From the NCBI GenBank assembly GCA_046331685.1, contig JAXLQI010000007.1, positions 1,862 through 65,861 of the forward strand: DNA of 64,000 nt. Direction: 5' to 3'. This document shows positions 58,926-64,000 of the stretch, one piece after another. A program made the position numbers and the translations under genes. The notes under the pieces are model-generated. The model ran no database searches. It was not told the DNA's origin and worked only from the letters and a program-made list of their open reading frames with translations. This DNA comes from Candidatus Micrarchaeia archaeon (GTDB taxonomy: Archaea; Micrarchaeota; Micrarchaeia; Anstonellales; Bilamarchaeaceae). Numbering within the stretch: position 1 is the stretch's first letter; each line of letters opens with the position of its first letter.

Positions 58926-60188
58926 ATGCCGATACAAAGCGTCAGGGATGTGTTCGAAGCAGCCAGGCATATCGCCGACCGGAGGTTCTGGGCTTTCTTC
59001 GGGACAGGGCTCATAGTCAGCGTCGCCTACATGGATCCGGGCAACTGGGGGACGTCCATCAGCGGCGGCGCCACATTCAATTACGACCTGCTCTGGGTGG
59101 TCTGGCTGTCGAGCATCATGGCGATGCTTTTCCAGTACCTTTCAGGGAAGGTCGGCATCGCGGGATACTCGCTTGCCGAGATAATCAAGATCAGGTGGAA
59201 GAGCAAGGCGGCGGTTTTGGCCTACTGGCTGCTCGCCGAGGTCGCGATAATAGCGACAGACCTGGCAGAATTCCTCGGCATCGTGGTCGCCCTCAACCTG
59301 CTTTTCGGGATACCTATGTTGATAGGCACATTCATCGCCATCGCCGACGTGCTCCTCCTGCTCCTGCTCGCGAGCAGGACTTTCCGGGCGATCGAATACG
59401 CCTTCATAGTGTTCGTCTCGGTGATCGGGATCGGATACATATATGAGCTCATCATCACCAAGCCGGATGTCGGAGCTATAGCGGCCCATTCGGTAACGCC
59501 GATCCTCAACGCTGAGACCATCCTCCTCGCCGTCGGGATAATTGGGGCCACCGTGATGCCCCATGCCCTGTTCGTGCATTCATGGCTGCTCAAGAACAAG
59601 ATGGCCGAGAGCCGGATCGACCGGAAGACCGCCCTGAAGTTCCATATAATCGACAACGTGCTCTCGCTTTTCGTCGCCGGGCTCATCAACGCGGCGATCC
59701 TGATAATGGCTGCGGCCGCATTCTTCAGCTCCGGGATAAAAGTCGCGACGATCGAGGAGGCCCATCACACCCTCACCCCGCTGTTCGGCAGCCTCGCATC
59801 GGTCGTGTTCGCGGTGGCGCTCCTTTCGGCCGGCATCTCATCCTCGATAACCGGGACATTCGCGGGCCAGAGCATCATGGAAGCGCTGACCGATTTCAAG
59901 CTGAGCCCCCTCGTGAGGAGGCTGATAACGCGGGGCATAAACGTCATACCGCTCCTTGTCGCCATCATCCTAGGCCTCGAGCCGCTCGACCTGCTGGTAT
60001 ACAGCCAGGTCGCGCTCAGCCTGCTCATCCCCCTGCCCCTCCTTCCTTTGATTTATTACAGCGCGGACCGCACGATAATGGGGGATCTCGCTAGCCGGAG
60101 GATCACCACGATAGCGGCTTCGCTTTTCGCTCTCCTGATCCTCTCTTTCAACGCGTATCTGATATATGCGACGCTCGGAGGCCATTAG
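58926..60188 (+). CDS. mntH: Nramp family Mn2+/Fe2+ transporter
   Basis: AYMDPGNW, GATVMPHALFVHS, GTFAGQ; GGAGG SD. Confidence 0.95.
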   Translation: MPIQSVRDVFEAARHIADRRFWAFFGTGLIVSVAYMDPGNWGTSISGGATFNYDLLWVVWLSSIMAMLFQYLSGKVGIAGYSLAEIIKIRWKSKAAVLAYWLLAEVAIIATDLAEFLGIVVALNLLFGIPMLIGTFIAIADVLLLLLLASRTFRAIEYAFIVFVSVIGIGYIYELIITKPDVGAIAAHSVTPILNAETILLAVGIIGATVMPHALFVHSWLLKNKMAESRIDRKTALKFHIIDNVLSLFVAGLINAAILIMAAAAFFSSGIKVATIEEAHHTLTPLFGSLASVVFAVALLSAGISSSITGTFAGQSIMEALTDFKLSPLVRRLITRGINVIPLLVAIILGLEPLDLLVYSQVALSLLIPLPLLPLIYYSADRTIMGDLASRRITTIAASLFALLILSFNAYLIYATLGGH

Positions 60189-60748
60189 GGCGACATCGAA
60201 AGGATCTCTGAAAGATGCCCTCTCGCGGCCTCAGAAGTGACATTAGGGCTCTCCAGCAGCTCCCTGGCCTGGGATGACATGATATCGAGCCTGGTCTTAG
60301 CCACAGACCATGAGAAGAGACGGCCAGCCCAGGGACCGACGAAGAGAGGGATCGCCACCACCCCCGGGACCCCGGCAGCGACCAATGCGAGGGAGATCCC
60401 GCTTATCAGGATCCTGGTCTTCCTGCCATCGCCTCCGTTCACTGTCCGGAAGTCTTCCTTGAACTTCTGGAGGAACCTGAAGCAAAGGGCGTCCTGAGCT
60501 TCGTCCGAGAGGATCGTCCCCCGGTAAGGCCCTGATGGGGGGTCTATCCTCATCAGGAGACGGAATATATCATCGAAAGATATGGCTGGAGGGATCCCGG
60601 AAGCGGGTATCTGGGGAGCGTCCTGGGCCGCTTTAGGGGCCGGGGCCCTCGGAAGTTCGTCGGCGAGAGGCTGGGCACGGAAGGCGCTCCTCTCCCTCCC
60701 GTAGAGATAGAGCTGGGCCCGGATCATCGATTCTATATGGGAAGCCAT
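60185..60748 (-). CDS. Hypothetical protein with C-terminal hydrophobic hairpin
   Basis: ORF with a Pro/Ala-rich N-terminus and a hydrophobic segment. Confidence 0.55.
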   Translation of the reverse strand: MASHIESMIRAQLYLYGRERSAFRAQPLADELPRAPAPKAAQDAPQIPASGIPPAISFDDIFRLLMRIDPPSGPYRGTILSDEAQDALCFRFLQKFKEDFRTVNGGDGRKTRILISGISLALVAAGVPGVVAIPLFVGPWAGRLFSWSVAKTRLDIMSSQARELLESPNVTSEAARGHLSEILSMSP

Positions 60749-60773
60749 TACATTTTGATATTGATACTACAAC

Positions 60774-61274
60774 TTAAAAACTCCACTCTCCGGCCTTCCG
60801 GAGGAGGAAAGGGATGCATCGGGACCGTTTCTCAGGGCCTGCGTTCCATTCCTTCACTATCGCCTTATACGCCTCGAGCTCGCGCACAAGCGGGTCTTTC
60901 CTGATGTCCGGCCCTTTGAGCCTGAAGATGATCTGCGATGGAAGAGGGCAGAAGCGCGCATTGAGCCGGTCGTCGAGCTGGTATGGATAGCGGCGGCAGG
61001 ACATCGGGGCCGAGCTGTGGATCGTGCAGAGATTGTCTTTCCCGAGGAAGATGCACGGGTGGCTCCTGAAACCGAGGATATAGACCCAGTTGTCATCCTC
61101 CATCTCGAGGGTGGTGTCAGGGTCGTAGCTCAGGAGGCGGGCCTGGTGGAGGACGGCGAAATCCTGGTATGGCCTGCCAGTGGATCCCATGATGCGCAGG
61201 ACATCGAATGCCGTGACCGTTATCGTGTAGGTCTTGCAGCAGTGGGCCGGGCAGAGAGAGCAGGGATTGGCCAC
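60774..61274 (-). CDS. YkgJ family (CxxCxxCC) zinc/iron-chelating protein
   Basis: CSLCPAHCC, CIFL....CTIH..AP.SCRRYPY; GTG start with GAGGGG SD. Confidence 0.85.
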   Translation of the reverse strand: MANPCSLCPAHCCKTYTITVTAFDVLRIMGSTGRPYQDFAVLHQARLLSYDPDTTLEMEDDNWVYILGFRSHPCIFLGKDNLCTIHSSAPMSCRRYPYQLDDRLNARFCPLPSQIIFRLKGPDIRKDPLVRELEAYKAIVKEWNAGPEKRSRCIPFLLRKAGEWSF

Positions 61275-61287
61275 TTGCGCCCCTCGT

Positions 61288-61662
61288 TCAGCCTGTGCGC
61301 CTGAGCCCTTCGGCCATGGGGAATTTGTTGACTCCGAGCCGGAGTTCGCGCAGGTTGCAGAGGGCGTCATTAAGCTCCTCGACACGCGGATCGCTCCGAT
61401 TCCCCCCCAGATAGAGCTTAAGGGCAGTCTCGAGATCGGCGAGCGCCATCCTCTCCATGCCTTTCTTGGCCCTGGAGTCGTTGACGATCGCGAGGAGATC
61501 CGTGATCGCCTTCTGCGATCCCCCCCAGGGCACATGATCGCGGGAAGCGCTCCGGATCCGTTCGAGCAGAGACTGCCTCTCCACTATCTGCATGTCCTTG
61601 ATCCCCAGACGCATCAGGAGGATGCCGGAGATCCTCTCATAATCCTTCGAACGATAATTCAT
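61288..61662 (-). CDS. Hypothetical protein
   Basis: ATGA-coupled to the glycosyltransferase gene. Confidence 0.6.
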   Translation of the reverse strand: MNYRSKDYERISGILLMRLGIKDMQIVERQSLLERIRSASRDHVPWGGSQKAITDLLAIVNDSRAKKGMERMALADLETALKLYLGGNRSDPRVEELNDALCNLRELRLGVNKFPMAEGLRRTG

Positions 61663-63095
61663 CCACCCAACCCCCTTATCTGCCTGACGTATCTCTCGAA
61701 CTCCTTGAACATATGGACGTCCGTGTATGAAGCGAAATAGTCCTTGAGGCCGCTGCGGTCATATGCGGTCTTCCTCTCCGCCCCCCGTATCCCGCTTATC
61801 AATTTGTCCACGATAGTGTTTTTATCGCTTGGCGTGACAAGCCTGCCGAGCCGTTTATCGACTATTATCTCCGGTATCCCTCCCACCGAGGTGGCGATCA
61901 CATAAGCCCCACCGAAGACCCCTTCGAGCACAGAAAGGCCGAACGCCTCGCTCCGCGACGGATGGAGATAGATGTCAGATATGGTCTGCACCGGCGTGTT
62001 CGTCATGCCTCCGTAGAGCTTCCTGAAAAGCGGGTCCGCTAGGGCCCTCTCGAGGCCTCTGCGCGAAGCGTACTGGCCGAGGATGGCCGAGACGTCCTCA
62101 CGGAAACGCGGGTCCCCGCGGGTGTATTTCGAGATGTCGAGCACAACCTTCAGCCTTCCCTCCGTGATGAGCCTTTTCATGCGGAGAAGGCCCTTGAAGG
62201 GCTTCGACGCCTGGTCCACATTGAGGACGTGGGAGGTGCCGATGACGAAACCGACCCGGTCGTTCTGCGGATCCCTGCTGCCTTCGAAGTATTCCAGGAC
62301 CTTGACGAGATAATCGCTGCCTTTGAGGCGGTCCATCCTTCCGACGAACGAAACGACCTTCTCGAGCGCCCCGTCGAGCCCGAGCTCTCCCCGGGCCTTC
62401 GCTATCTCGGTCTCGTCCTTGATGTTGTAGATATGGGGATCGATGCCGTTGCGGACGACGAACGAGCGGGCCGGATCCAGGCCGACCTCCCGGCCCTGGT
62501 CCATGAAGCTCAGGCTGACGAAATTATCCCGCACAGCCTTGCTGACGCCGATTATCCCGTCGGAAGCTTTGGCCATGGCGATATGGAACCGTGAGAAGGA
62601 CGGGTCCTCCGGGCTGTGGTAGTGGCTATCCGCATCGGTGTGCAGGTAGAAGATTATCGAGGAATGCCTGTCGAGGCCGGTCCTCTCCAGCGTGGAGCGG
62701 AGCTCGTAGGCGAACTGCGTGTCCGTGGTGACCGGGAAGTGGAAGACGAGGTTGCTGTGATAGCCTTCGTCGGCCATCTGGCGCACCAGCCCGGTCACGG
62801 ACTCCATGGCCTCCAGGCCGTAGCTGAACCTGAGCTCGGCATTGAAGCGGTCCCTGCAGAGCGCCTGGGCCTTGGGGCCGAGGAGCGGTTCCGTCATCGG
62901 GTCCCCTGCATCGCGGAGGAAGACGAAGTTTTTCCGGTCCTTCTCGAAACGGGAGGCGGCGGTGAGGTTGCCTATGACGAAAGTCTGCCCGAAGAAGATC
63001 GGATTGAGGGGGAACGGGAAGCGGCTCGCGAAGTGCATGTATGCCGACTTCTGGCCGCTCTGGTCTTTCTGCATGGGGGTCGCCTGCATGAACAT
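61659..63095 (-). CDS. Glycosyltransferase family 4 (GT-B) protein
   Basis: GVSKAV, VVRNGID, FVGRMDRLKG, PSRSEAFGLSVLEG, VGGIPEII. Confidence 0.88.
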   Translation of the reverse strand: MFMQATPMQKDQSGQKSAYMHFASRFPFPLNPIFFGQTFVIGNLTAASRFEKDRKNFVFLRDAGDPMTEPLLGPKAQALCRDRFNAELRFSYGLEAMESVTGLVRQMADEGYHSNLVFHFPVTTDTQFAYELRSTLERTGLDRHSSIIFYLHTDADSHYHSPEDPSFSRFHIAMAKASDGIIGVSKAVRDNFVSLSFMDQGREVGLDPARSFVVRNGIDPHIYNIKDETEIAKARGELGLDGALEKVVSFVGRMDRLKGSDYLVKVLEYFEGSRDPQNDRVGFVIGTSHVLNVDQASKPFKGLLRMKRLITEGRLKVVLDISKYTRGDPRFREDVSAILGQYASRRGLERALADPLFRKLYGGMTNTPVQTISDIYLHPSRSEAFGLSVLEGVFGGAYVIATSVGGIPEIIVDKRLGRLVTPSDKNTIVDKLISGIRGAERKTAYDRSGLKDYFASYTDVHMFKEFERYVRQIRGLGG

Positions 63096-63280
63096 ATTGC
63101 GCCGAACCTATTTATATATCTTACACATTTATCCATAAAAAGCAATTTCCACATGATTTCCCTGTTTTCCTGGGCAAACCTGCCCCGGCATGGGCGTCCA
63201 AGGTGAAATAAACATCAAAACAAGGGGATCGGTGTTCAAAGCCAGCGTCCCTGTGAGAGAGGCTGGATTGTTTTGGCTGA

Positions 63281-64000
63281 TCATGCCTTCTTTTTCCTGA
63301 TGAGCTCCGATACTTCAGCCGGATCGGCCTGGAGACGGTATTTCTGCATGATGGCCTTCATGTCATAACCGCTCTCCTCCACGATCCGCTCGAGCTCAGG
63401 CCCTTTGATCCTCTGGAGCCTGAAGACCTTCAGGACAGCCTCGGCCCGGGCGCCTTTGGCCATGCCTTTCAGGACATCCGGCATCGCGGCTTTCACGAAC
63501 GAGCCTTTGTTGAACTCCCCGAACAGCTCGGCGAGGGTCTTCTCAAGATCGGCGAACTCGACGCCTTCCCTGCGCAGGGAAACGATCGTGTCCTCGATCG
63601 TGGTAGCGGCGAGCATAGGATCGGCTCCGCCTTTGACAAGCCTCTCGAAGAGGTGGAGGTGGCGTGACCTGAGGATGCGTCCGGCCATCTCCCTGTTGAG
63701 CATCTTCTCGAGCCTGCCTTTCTTCTCATCGAGCGACTCGGCCTTCTCTACCGAACCTAGGAGCTCCTTTGTGATCCCGATCGGGGGGACATCGGTCTCG
63801 GGGTAGAGCCGCGCACGGCCCGGGAGGGGGCGCATATAGCTCGATGTGCCGTCCGGATTGGCTTTGCGCGTCTCCGGGGGGACGAAATCCATGTTCGCCC
63901 GGTGGATCACGTATTCGATGGCCTTCTGGGCCTGCTCCTTCGGTGCCACGATGATGACGAACGCGTCGTCCTTGCCGAGGGCGAGCTCGTGGGCGAGCGA
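63281..64000 (-). CDS. gatE: Glu-tRNA(Gln) amidotransferase subunit E, C-terminal part (5' end outside the window)
   Basis: VPPETRKANPDGTSSYMRPLPGRARLYPETDVPP. Confidence 0.93.
   Translation of the reverse strand, partial: SLAHELALGKDDAFVIIVAPKEQAQKAIEYVIHRANMDFVPPETRKANPDGTSSYMRPLPGRARLYPETDVPPIGITKELLGSVEKAESLDEKKGRLEKMLNREMAGRILRSRHLHLFERLVKGGADPMLAATTIEDTIVSLRREGVEFADLEKTLAELFGEFNKGSFVKAAMPDVLKGMAKGARAEAVLKVFRLQRIKGPELERIVEESGYDMKAIMQKYRLQADPAEVSELIRKKKA

Overview
GC-rich archaeal chromosomal segment. The gene content (Rpo6, family-B DNA polymerase with a PIP box, NurA, NreA, Pus10, class I CCA-adding enzyme, GatE, GGGP synthase, geranylgeranyl reductase, bacterial-type gyrase) and the many orphan genes fit a DPANN archaeon, probably Micrarchaeota; this placement is inferred. 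About 60 CDS and one tRNA-Gly(GCC) are supported. I saw no CRISPR array, integrase or transposase. The strongest candidate for an undescribed system is a minus-strand cluster at about 31.7-40.3 kb resembling a minimal type IV secretion / Ced-Ted-like transporter. It comprises a VirB6/CedA-like polytopic membrane protein, a 70-aa two-TM protein, a PrgI/VirB3-like protein, a 1200-aa beta-helix adhesin, a VirB4-like ATPase, a 76-bp palindrome-containing tandem repeat, and a coiled-coil protein ending in a CdvB-like winged helix. Other points of note are an OxsR-like regulator with two glutaredoxins and a perfect operator palindrome, an MntR-mntH operon with a 16-bp palindrome, a HEAT-OB fusion, a triple excisionase-like HTH protein behind an AT-rich island, a receptor-like membrane protein with a Roadblock-like tail, a split ThiF/MoeB, a SerK homolog, and GyrA with a natural S83L-equivalent residue. 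All product calls come from motif recognition by eye, not from database searches.
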